Shown: positions 33,428-44,626 of the stretch, piece by piece | How positions within the stretch are numbered: position 1 is the first letter of the stretch | Layout of the letters: every line of letters begins with the position of its first letter | Assembly: GCA_032718475.1 (NCBI GenBank) | Contig: JAUCBJ010001155.1 | Location: 1 to 44,626 of the forward strand | DNA length: 44,626 nt | Origin: Nemertoderma westbladi | Lineage: Eukaryota > Animalia > Xenacoelomorpha | Direction: 5' to 3' | The notes under the pieces: model-generated | Told to the model about the DNA's origin: nothing | The model's input: the letters and a program-made list of their open reading frames with translations, nothing else | The model's database searches: none | Program-made: the position numbers and the translations under genes

Positions 33428-36086
33428 TGCTACCCAAAGGAAGGAGTGGGCGCTAAACACCTATCTGCTACCCAAAGGAAGGAGTTGGCGCTAAACACCT
33501 AACTGCTACCAAAAGGAAGGAGTGGGCGCTAAACACCTATCTGCTACCCAAAGGAAAGAGTGGGCGCTAAACACCTATCTGCTACCCAAAGGAAGGAGTG
33601 AGCGCTAAATACCTCTCTGCTACCCAAAGGAAGGAGTGGGCGCTAAATACCTATCTGCTACCCAAAGGATGGAGTGGGCGCTAAACACCTATATGTTACC
33701 CAAAGGAAGGAGTGGGCGCTAAATACCTATCTGCTACCCAAAGGAAGGAGTGAGCGCTAAATACCTCTCTGCTACCCAAAGGAAGGAGTGGGCGCTAAAC
33801 ACCTATCTGCTACCCAAAGGAAGGAGTGAGCGCTAAATACCTCTCTGCTACCCAAAGGAAGGAGTGGGCGCTAAATACCTATCTGCTACCCAAAGGATGG
33901 AGTGGGCGCTAAAAACCTATCTGCTACCCAAAGGAAGGAGTGGGCGCTAAAAACCTATCTGCTACCCAAAGGAAGGAGTGGGCGCTAAACACCTATCTGC
34001 AACCCAAAGGAAGGAGTGGGCGCTAAAAACCTATCTGCTACCCAAAGGAAGGAGTGAGCGCTAAATACCTCTCTGCTACCCAAAGGAAGGAGTGGGCGCT
34101 AAATACCTATCTGCTACCCAAAGGATGGAGTGGGCGCTAAAAACCTATCTGCTACCCAAAGGAAGGAGTGGGCGCTAAAAACCTATCTGCTACCCAAAGG
34201 AAGGAGTGAGCGCTAAATACCTCTCTGCTACCCAAAGGAAGGAGTGGGCGCTAAATACCTATCTGCTACCCAAAGGATGGAGTGGGCGCTAAAAACCTAT
34301 CTGCTACCCAAAGGAAGGAGTGGGCGCTAAATACCTATCTGCTACCCAAAGGAAGGAGTGAGCGCTAAATACCTCTCTGCTACCCAAAGGAAGGAGTGAG
34401 CGCTAAATACCTCTCTGCTACCCAAAGGAAGGAGTGGGCGCTAAATACCTATCTGCTACCCAAGGGATGGAGTGGGCGCTAAAAACCTATCTGCTACCCA
34501 AAGGAAGGAGTGGGCGCTAAACACATATCTGCTACCCAAAGGAAGAAGTTGGCGCTAAACACCTATCTGCTACCCAAAGGAAGGAGTGAGCGCTAAATAC
34601 CTCTCTGCTACCCAAAGGAAGGAGTGGGCGCTAAATACCTATCTGCTACCCAAAGGAAGGAGTGGGCGCTAAATACCTATCTGCTACCCAAAGGAAGGAG
34701 TGGGCGCTAAACACCTATCTGCTTCCCAAAGGAAGGAGTGGGCGCTGAACACCTATCTGCTACCCAAAGGAAGGAGTGGGCGCTAAACACCTATCTGCTA
34801 CCCAAAGGAAGGAGTTGGCGCTAAACACCTATCTGCTACCCAAAGGAAGGAGTGGGCGCTAAATACCTATCTGCTACCCAAAGGAAGGAGTGGGCGCTAA
34901 AAACCTATCTGCTACCCAAAGGAAGGAGTTGGCGCTAAACACCTATCTGCTACCCAAAGGAAGGAGTGGGCGCTAAACACCTATCTGCTACCCAAATGAA
35001 GGAATGGATGCTAAATACCTATCTGCTACCCAAAGGATGGAGTGGGCGCTAAACACCTATCTGTTACCCAAAGGAAGGAGTGGGCGCTAAACACCTATGT
35101 GCTACCCAAATGAAGGAATGGATGCTAAATACCTATCTGCTACCCAAAGGAAGGAGTGGGCGCTAAATACCTATCTGTTACCCAAAGGAAGGAGTGGGCG
35201 CTAAACACCTATCTGCTACCCAAATGAAGGAATGGATGCTAAATACCTATCTGCTACCCAAAGGATGGAGTGGGCGCTAAACACCTATCTGTTACCCAAA
35301 GGAAGAAGTTGGCGCTAAACACCTATCTGCTACCCAAAGGAAGGAGTGAGCGCTAAATACCTCTCTGCTACCCAAAGGAAGGAGTGGGCGCTAAATACCT
35401 ATCTGCTACCCAAAGGAAGGAGTGGGCGCTAAATACCTATCTGCTACCCAAAGGAAGGAGTGGGCGCTAAACACCTATCTGCTTCCCAAAGGAAGGAGTG
35501 GGCGCTGAACACCTATCTGCTACCCAAAGGAAGGAGTGGGCGCTAAACACCTATCTGCTACCCAAAGGAAGGAGTTGGCGCTAAACACCTATCTGCTACC
35601 CAAAGGAAGGAGTGGGCGCTAAATACCTATCTGCTACCCAAAGGAAGGAGTGGGCGCTAAAAACCTATCTGCTACCCAAAGGAAGGAGTTGGCGCTAAAC
35701 ACCTATCTGCTACCCAAAGGAAGGAGTGGGCGCTAAACACCTATCTGCTACCCAAATGAAGGAATGGATGCTAAATACCTATCTGCTACCCAAAGGAAGG
35801 AGTTTGCGCTAAACACCTATCTGCTACCCAAAGGAAGGAGTGGCCGCTAAACACCTATCTGCTACCCAAAGGAAGGAGTGGGCGCTAAACACCTATCTGC
35901 TACCCAAATGAAGGAATGGATGCTAAATACCTATCTGCTACCCAAAGGATGGAGTGGGCGCTAAACACCTATCTGTTACCCAAAGGAAGGAGTGGCCGCT
36001 AAACACCTATCTGTTACCCAAAGGAAGGAGTGGCCGCTAAACACCTATCTGCTACCCAAAGGAAGGAGTGGGCGATAAATACATAT
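33428..36086. repeat. 38-bp satellite, block 1 (~70 units)
   Basis: Unit TGCTACCCAAAGGAAGGAGTGGGCGCTAAACACCTATC; period 38. Confidence 0.98.
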
Positions 36087-36304
36087 TATTATTTATTTAT
36101 CGCGCCAATTGCGCGCAAGCGCTAGTCAAGCTAGCATTTATTTGAATTAACAGTAAAAATGAAATAAAATATGTACAAAAATTACACAAAACCAGGGGAA
36201 CAACCCTAGAAACAACGATGCGAGTAAAAACCAGTTACACTATATAATTCGCTGGCAACAATCTACCAGTTTATTGACATTATTGTTTGTGGATCTGGGA
36301 CACA

Positions 36305-39300
36305 CTACCGTTTATGTACATTAAAAAAATTTAGAATACGATCATGTTTCAAGGTTATTGGCAATGAAGAGTTGTAACATTCTACTATAAAATTCCGTGC
36401 AATGCACTGTTGGTTGGTGAGAGAGTTCAGATATATTCTTCCCAAAAGTGATACTTTGCTGTATCTGTAGGTTAAAAGTGATGAGAGTTTCGGCAGAGGA
36501 TAATGGAGTGTCGATTTAACATACGTAGAAAAAATCCCAGCGTATTTGTTTGACGCGTTACTGGTTAGTCCGAGGTAAGTGAGGGAAGATTGTATCAGCA
36601 CGTTTGGGCAGTCTCTCATCCGTAAGATTGCCCCGAGATTGTGCCTAAACAGTTCACAGGATAATGGCCGACAGTCCAATAAATTGTAGATGATCAAATT
36701 GTCCACATATGGGCCTAAGTGAGTGACACTACGCAGCGCTTTCCTGTACGAGATATCGAGTTTTTCTAATTCCTCTTTTGTCATCATTCCGATCGTGTAC
36801 TTTAGAGAATGTATGAGTGATGGTAGTGCAACAAGGCGCCACAGGTGCCCTACAGTTTGGCAACTCAGATGACGTGTAGTCCAACCACGACGATGAAAGG
36901 CATCGGCTAGTCTTGTAGTTGACTGTACGATTTCGTTGAGGACTTGCGAACCAGATGTTCTTGGCAGTTTATAGCCAAGAAAGCAGATAAACGGATCAGC
37001 TAATATCAAGTTTTGTTTAATGTTGAGGAACAGTGGCACTGAACTTTCAGGTTGATTTTTACCCAATATGTATGTCCAGATTGTCTTTGATTGCTCAATA
37101 TTTAATTTGATTTCACCAAGCTTTGTATTAACTAAACTTATCATATGTTCTAATTCTGCTATGGATTTCCCAAATATGAGAATATCGTCGGCATAAGCAA
37201 TTATTTGAAACCATAGATTAATAAGGTTGGAGCTGTCACCCGGTGTCTCAAATGTGGATAAAACGCACCCTGTATAAATATTGAAGAATATCGGGGATAG
37301 AAGGGACCCCTGTTTAATGCCACGTTATGAGTTTGATGCCCTCTAAGTCAATACAGTCACCGCATTTAAGAAACCCCACGGTGTGAGGGTAGTAGCTGAT
37401 AAGCACTAGGCAAATATGCGGATTAATATGCTTGGATAACTCATTGAACAAAATTACATAATCTACATTGTCGAAGGCACTTTGTATGTCGAGCTGGCAG
37501 ACGTATATTGTTTGGCCGATTTGTCTCTGATGGTTTAAAAATTCCAGAATAGATGCTATGATAAGATCCGTACCAATCTTAGCCTGGTAGGCCAGCTGGG
37601 CCTTCGGTATCAGCTGGTATAGTGCTGGGAAGCATTCATGTAGTATAACTCCTTCGAGAATCTTTCCGAAAATGCAAATTGTGGATATTGGTCTATATGA
37701 TCTAGATGAAAGTACTGGTCGATTCTTTCCTTTATAAATATTGGTTATTAGAGTATTCCCAAACAAAACTGGGATATCTCCTAATCTGAGACATACATTG
37801 AACATGTCAGCTATTAATGACGTGGCAAATTCTTTATTTAAACACAATAAATGCTCTAGAACTAGACCGGAAGCATCTGGTGATTTGCCACGCGCTAGAG
37901 ATTCCAATGCCCGTTCAACAGTTCTAGGAGAAATAATGGGTGGAATGGTTGTGGTACAGGTTTCTTGTATATTCGCTTTGAGTATGTTGAGCTCATCCTT
38001 GAGTTTGAGATCAGGATTGTTATTGTTTTTCATCTCTTCCTTAATAACGGATTGAGCTTTTTCCGAAGCTATTAGCTTATCTTTGCTATTGAAGTAGTTC
38101 CAGAATCTCCGCGGGTTGTTGTGCATTAGTCCAGCTTCCTTTTTGACTTTTGTGGCCAGTGCACTCTTTGCAAGAAAGTTTTTCAAGCGTCTAATTGATC
38201 GGCGAGATTCGTTATATGCAGGTTTGTATATACTAGACTCATTCTTGTTATCATTGCTCCATAAGTCATATAGTTGACTGCAGGTTCTGATACGGCTCTT
38301 TAGTTTCGGAGATGCTCTGATGCGAAGATTCTTGGTATGTCGTCGAGTTGCAGTTCGTTTAGGTAAGTGAAGGGCAGCCGCTTCATAAATGGATTTCTCA
38401 ATATCTGATGCAAAGAATGTAACATCTGCAATTGTCCATTGTGATAATTGACTAGGTTGCACATTATAAGTTACTTTCAGTCGTCTGACAACTTCTTCCT
38501 GATATTGAGTTAGCATGGTCGAATTTACCTTTTCCCATGCAATACGTGGTTTGACTTTAAGTGTCCTAGGTTGAGTGGTATGCTTAACTATTGTATGGTT
38601 TGTTTTACAATGAGAATCTAATAGGCATGACGATGTAGCATGTACATGTACATTATCAAGGTGGAAATGAGCAACCACTGGTACATGATCTGAATATAGT
38701 TGGAAGTCGTGCTCAAATACTTTCCCTTTTGTTACACAATTGAGCATATGTTGATTGGTGATAATGTGATCTATGTATGAGAAACCATTACCACGAAATG
38801 TAATACAAGGTCCGGAAAATGGAGAGTAGGTATCAATTGCGACCAGCTCAGATTCTTTGAGGTAATTATGAAGTAGGCGGCCTCTTTTGCTTATTTTGAG
38901 TTTGCATTTCCTAGGACCTTGTAGGTTACCTAAGTCTGTGTTTGTGTCAGCTAGGATTACGGGTGATGAATCGCTATGTACCTGGAGAATAGTACTGAGC
39001 CGCCCAACGTGGTCATTATAGAGCGTGGAGTCTTTGGATGTGTCCGGGAAGTAGCAGCATGTCACTACAAATGGCTGTTGGTAGTTACAATAATTAGCAC
39101 GGATTCCAACTATATCATCCTTAGAGTCAAATCGAGTTATGTTGTTGAAGGCTGAAGTCCTATAGAACAATGCTACTCCGCCACGTATTACAGTAGATGA
39201 GTTATTTCTAGTAGTGAAGACACAATCAAAGTCGTCATGTAGCCCCAACAGTAATTCCTTAGCTTCAAGCTTGTCTAACCAATGTTCCTGTAGCGCGAGG

Positions 39301-39452
39301 ACGTCCAACTGGCTGAGAAGATCTTTAACAGCATCGCTGCTTGAAGTGAAACCATGACAGTTAAAAGTTCCCAAACGTATATCCCGTATCGATTCATCAC
39401 AAGCTTGTAAAGTTATTGTGTTAGGGGCTACATTATCGTTGATGTTAAACAT
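36305..39452 (-). pseudogene. LINE A ORF2: AP endonuclease + reverse transcriptase, one frameshift at ~37325
   Basis: APE motifs TFNCHG, LQEHWL, GGVA, IDHII, SDHVPV. RT motifs YRPIS and LDIQSAFDNVD; after the shift RGIKQGSLLSP...AYADD...FLGY reads open to the stop at 36305. Confidence 0.9.
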
Positions 39453-39725
39453 ACTGCCTCATATTTGGATGGAATGTCTCGAATTGGTGACTCGGATAAA
39501 TCTGCTTCTTTATATCATCAAATTTGTTATCTCCAGACCTTCCCGTGGTGTAGTTAATCAATTCGTGACATTCTGTACCAGTTGGCCAGAAGGAATGACT
39601 AAGCAATGTAGTGCGGTTTCCGCGGTCAATGGTTACTCTCATACATATATTGTTGTTGTCAGACATAACATGAGATATTCTGTGAACAGGGATACGCCTG
39701 TCTTGAAGATAATCCTTGATGCAGT
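39445..39725 (-). CDS. LINE A ORF1 C-terminal fragment (5'-truncated)
   Basis: IKDYL...RVTI...LLSHSFWPTG resembles non-LTR ORF1 C-termini. Its stop overlaps the ORF2 ATG (ATGTTTAA). Confidence 0.65.
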
Positions 39726-40084
39726 CATATCTGCTACACAAAGGAAGGAGTGGGCGCTAAACACCTATCTGCTACCCAAAGGAAGGAGTGGGCGCTAAAC
39801 ACCTATCTGCTACCCAAAGGAAGGAGTGGGCGCTAAACACCTATCTGTTACCCAAAGGAAGGAGTGGGCGCTAAACACCTATCTGCTACCCAAAGGAAGG
39901 AGTGGGCGCTAAACACCTATCTGCTACCCAAAGGAAGGAGTGGGCGCTAAATACCTATCTGCTACCCAAAGGAAGGAGTGGGCGCTAAACACCTATCTGC
40001 TACCCAAAGGAAGGAGTGGGCGCTAAATACCTATCTGCTACCCAAAGGAAGGAGTGGGCGCTAAACACCTATCTGCTACCCAAA
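39726..40084. repeat. 38-bp satellite, block 2 (~9 units)
   Basis: Same unit and orientation as block 1. Confidence 0.98.
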
Positions 40085-42653
40085 TATATTTATTTATTTC
40101 AAACCAGAACGTTCATATACAGTTTTAAATAGCACAACATACATAATAAGTAAGTAAATATGAGTATAAATGACACGACCCCCCCCCCCCCCCCCCCCCA
40201 TTATTGTAATCAATATTGCACGAAAAGTAACATTAAATTTATGGTAAAGACAGACAGAGTCGTTTGTATGTATCAAAAATAACAGAATCCGTGAGACAAG
40301 CTGACCTCACAGTACAAATTATAATGTTATTGGATTTAAAAACACGATTATAGAGACTACACAAGGCAAACCTACGGATGTGTGTAATGACTTCAGATTT
40401 AATGACACTAACATTTCACTAGCACTATTCCATTGACCATTATCTAATCTAGAAAAACCAAATAGTCTCCTAACACACTGATTTAAAGCTACAGTAATTT
40501 TGTTGATTTTGTTCGCCGAACTATATCTATCCCCCCAAAGAGCACAACAGTAAACAGATGAACAGTAAGCATTGAATAAAACACGTTTTATCTTTTTAGA
40601 GCACTTACTAAATCGACGGATTAACATATTAGCTCGACCATAGAAAGCTCTTGTTTGAGCAGCTATGTCAAGGTCGTCACAAAAATCAGAACTGATTATG
40701 TGTCCTAAGTATTTAAATTTAGTAACTACTTCAATAATTTTCCCGTACAAATAAATATGTCCGACTTCAATATCTGGCCTATGTTTGCTACGAAAGAATA
40801 CACATTTTGACTTTTTAATATTAAATTTCAAACTATTAGAATCAGCAAAAGAAACACATAGATCTATTAACACTTGCAACGCACCTGGTGTAGTTGTAAT
40901 AATGCACAAATCGTCAGCATAAATTAAGTGATTCATATTCAATCCATCAATATTACATCCAATATTACTTTGCTCCAATATAATACTCAACCGGTCTATG
41001 AAAACATTGAAAAATATTGGTGAGCAAATTCCACCTTGAATAACCCCGTTCGAACAATTAAATACAGTTGAATACACCCCACTCCATCGAACGTACATAT
41101 TAATGTTACGATACCAAAATAAAATAACCCTAATAATATATAACGGTACTTTACGGTCCAATAGGCACTGAAAAAGTTTAGCATGATCCACATTATCAAA
41201 TGCTTTACTCGCGTCTAAAAAACAGATATATATATTTGAACCACGAACCAGAAAATAATTAACAATTTCTTTGATTGTATAGATGCACAATTCTGTCCCC
41301 ATTCCCCGTTTGAACCCAAATTGATGGTCACCAGTATCAAGACAGTCTCTAACCCTATGCAAAATTATAACTTCAAATAATTTACTGAGTATTGAAGTTA
41401 GTGAAATAGGTCTATAGTTATTTGAGTCAGTAACACTTGAGGTTTTGCACTTTACAATAGGCGATACAACTGTGTCCATCATTTTGCTGGGCATGAACCC
41501 ATGAATATTGATACTACTATATAATAAAGCTAACAGTACATACAAATAATCACAGGCAAAAATAAAGTGTTCAGAATATATACCATCTTTACCGCATGAT
41601 TTATTAAGTTTAAGCTCCCCAACAGCATCAATAACATCATCTACCGTGACTATCATATCACCACTAAACTCTATACCGGTAATTTTGCTCATGACATGTT
41701 TCATAGTTAAATTATCTTTCGAGTTATCACCGGCGTTAAAAATGTTTCTATAGTGGTTTGCCCAAAAATTAGAAATATTTTCTTTGCCAATGACACCGTC
41801 TATTGTTGTCGCACCTGGCACCTTACTGTTGTTGTCCTTTTTGATATTTTTCCAAAAATCGTCAAAACCGTTAGAAGAACGAATAAAAGATTCAGCATAT
41901 TTGTCACATTTAGATTTTTCTACATTTCGTTTTACTTCACGGAACATTCTTTTAAAACGCATTTTAGCCATGTACATTTGACGGTGGATATCACCATTGC
42001 GTGGGCTGCCTGCGCCTCGCCATATTAAAAAAGCTAACCGCGCCTGACCATGTAAGTCACTAACTGCATCATTCCAACCAGGAATTTCATTCCTCTCTCC
42101 TTCAGTTTTACTACCAGGTTTACTATGTGGGAACACATTACCAGAAGCACAGTTAATGCAATCAACAATGTTGGAATAAAATTCTGATAACTCATCACAA
42201 TGTTTTTTTACATTTTGCGTTCTTACAATTTAAAGCATCCGACAGAAGTCTAATATTACGCAATTGCTGCTCCAAGTTAGATTTATAATTGTCTATCATT
42301 TCCGGAGTCACTTTATCCCACAAGGGGCGACTACTTTTAGTCATAGACTCAGTACTATTCGCATTAGAGTTACCAGTATTATATCCACTGTTACTGCTAC
42401 AATTAATATCTACTATAACTGGGATGTGGTCTTCAAAGGATAGTTCATTCCCAGTTGTAATATTTTCTACCGACATTTTTAAACTCTCTGAATCAAACTA
42501 CATGATCAAGCCAAGACTTAGAACTGTAAGTAGGATTAACATACGTATAAGTATCTGGAGATAGCATAATTGTATCTATAATATATAAATTATTATCAGC
42601 ACAAAAATCAGATAAATCTTTATAAAAGGAGCGATGTGGATCTGCATTAAAAT
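40085..42653 (-). mobile_element. RTEX-like LINE B, 5'-truncated within the endonuclease, decayed
   Basis: Begins at FNAD...SWLDHVV* (stop ~42492), then EDHIPV, a frameshift at ~42205, and ORF 40319..42136 with PGWND, NYRPISL, QFGFK, LDASKAFD, QGG, YADD, KYLG. (TAAA)n tail at ~40088-40100. Sequence clearly distinct from LINE A. Confidence 0.9.
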
Positions 42654-44626
42654 GTGGGCGCTAAACACCTATCTGCTACCCAAAGGAAGGAGTGGGGCGC
42701 TAAACACCTATCTGCTACCCAAAGGAAGGAGTGGGCGCTAAATACCTATCTGCTACCCAAAGGAAGGAGTGGGCGCTAAACACCTATCTGCTACCCAAAG
42801 GAAGGGGTGGGCGCTAAACACCTATCTGCTACCCAAAGGAAGGAGTGGGCGCTAAACACCTATCTGCTACCCAAAGGAAGGAGTGGGTGCTAATCACCTA
42901 TCTGCTACCCAAAGGAAGGAGTGGGCGCTAAATACCTATCTGCTACCCAAACGAAGGAGTGGGCGCTAAACACCTATCTGCTACCCAAAGGAAGGAGTGG
43001 GCGCTAAACACCTATCAGTTACCCAAAGGAAGGAGTGGGCCTAAACACCTATCTGCTACCCAAAGGAAGGAGTGGGCGCTAAACACCTATCTGCTACCCA
43101 AAGGAATGAGTGGGCGCTAAACACCTATCTGCTACCCAAAGGAAGGAGTGGGCGCTAAACACCTATCTTCTACCCAAAGGAAGGAATGGGCGCTAAATAC
43201 CTATCTGCTACCCAAAGGATGGAGTGGGCGCTAAACACCTATCTGCTACCCAAAGGAAGGAGTGGGCGCTAAACACCTATCTGCTGCCCAAAGGAAGGAG
43301 TGGGCGCTAAATGCACCTATCTGCTGCCCAAAGGAAGGAGTGGGCGCTAAATGCACCTATCTGCTACCCAAAGGAAGGAGTGGGCGCTAAACACCTTTCT
43401 GCTACCCAAAGGAAGGAGTGGGCGCTAAACACCTATCTGCTACCCAAAGGAAGGAGTGGGCGCTAAACACCTATCTTCTACCCAAAGGAAGGAATGGACG
43501 CTAAATACCTATCTGCTACCCAAAGGAAGGAGTTGGCGCTAAACACCTTTCTGCTACCCAAAGGAAGGAGTGGGCGCTAAACACCTATCTGCTACCCAAA
43601 GGAAGGAGTGGGCGCAAAACACCTATCTGCTACCCAAAGGAAGGAGTGGGCGCTAAATACCTATCTGCTACCCAAAGAATGGAGTGGGCGCTAAACACCT
43701 ATCAGTTACCCAAAGGAAGGAGTGGGCCTAAACACCTATCTGCTACCCAAAGGAAGGAGTGGGCGCTAAATACCTATCTGCTACCCAAAGGAAGGAGTGG
43801 GCGCTAAACACCTATCTGCTACCCAAAGGAAGTAGTGGGCGCTAAATACCTATCTGCTACCCAAAGGAAGGAGTGGGCGCTAAACACCTATCTGCTACCC
43901 AAAGGAAGGAGTGGGCGCTAAACACCTATCTGCTACCCAACAGAAGGAGTGGGCGCTAAACACCTAGCTGCTACCCAAAGGAAGGAGTGGGGCGCTAAAT
44001 ACCTATCTGCTACCCCAAAGGAAGGAGTGGGCGCTAAACACCTATCTGCTACCCAAAGGAAGGGGTGGGCGCTAAATACCTATCTGCTACCCAAAGGAAG
44101 GAGTGGGCGTTAAACACCTATCTGCTACCCAAAGGAAGGAGTGGGCGCTAATCACCTATCTGCTACCCAAAGGAAGGAGTGGGCGCTAAATTACCTATCT
44201 ACTACCCAAACGAAGGAGTGGGCGCTAAACACCTATCTGCTACCCAAAGGAAGGAGATCGAGTGGGCGCTAAAACACCTATCTGCTACCCAAAAGGAAGG
44301 AGTGGGCGCTAAATACCTATCTGCTACCTAAAGGAAGGAGTGGGCGCTAAACACCTATCTGCTACCCAAAGGAAGGAGTCGAGTGGGCGCTAAACACCTA
44401 TCTGCTACCCAAAAGGAAGGAGTGGGCGCTAAACACCTATCTTCTACCCAAAGGAAGGAATGGGCGCTAAATACCTATCTGCTACCCAAAGGATGGAGTG
44501 GGCGCTAAACACCTATGTGCTACCCAAAGGAAGGAGTGGGCGCTAAACACCTATCTGCTGCCCAAAGGAAGGAGTGGGCGCTAAATGCCCATCTGCTACC
44601 CAAAGGAAGGAGTGGGCGCTAAACAC
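42654..44626. repeat. 38-bp satellite, block 3 (~52 units, continues past the window end)
   Basis: Same unit and orientation; more small indels toward the end. Confidence 0.98.

Larger units (their letters stand above)
36087..39725 (-). mobile_element. RTEX-like LINE A (ORF1 C-terminus + APE-RT ORF2), 5'-truncated, inserted in the satellite
   Basis: (TAAA/TAA)n 3' tail at ~36087-36100. CATAT on both flanks. Satellite phase is continuous across the element. Confidence 0.88.

Noticed and set aside
33428-44626. 38-bp array as a CRISPR array with an RT-associated system
   Set aside because: Units are head-to-tail with no spacers, and the RTs are APE-type non-LTR retrotransposon proteins.

Overview
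This is AT-rich animal (probably invertebrate) nuclear DNA, almost entirely repetitive. There is one host gene: an intronless, GC-rich chimaerin (SH2-C1-RhoGAP) on the + strand at ~25.3-26.8 kb. Left half: a nest of transposons whose insertion order can be read from target-site duplications (TSDs). An L2-type LINE is split by a 9-bp-TSD foldback element, which holds a second 9-bp-TSD foldback, which holds a hAT MITE, another MITE and an RTE fragment. Next comes a hAT-type shell carrying an apparently intact ~1050-aa DDE transposase element with a 7-bp TSD. Right half: a TTAA-flanked Kolobok-like element containing a tRNA-derived SINE; a 33-bp satellite whose 19-bp core also occurs in that element's end; and a 38-bp satellite running off the window end, interrupted by two different RTEX-like LINEs. 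Every TE whose orientation can be read lies on the - strand. Clade and superfamily assignments come from motif recognition by eye, not database searches.
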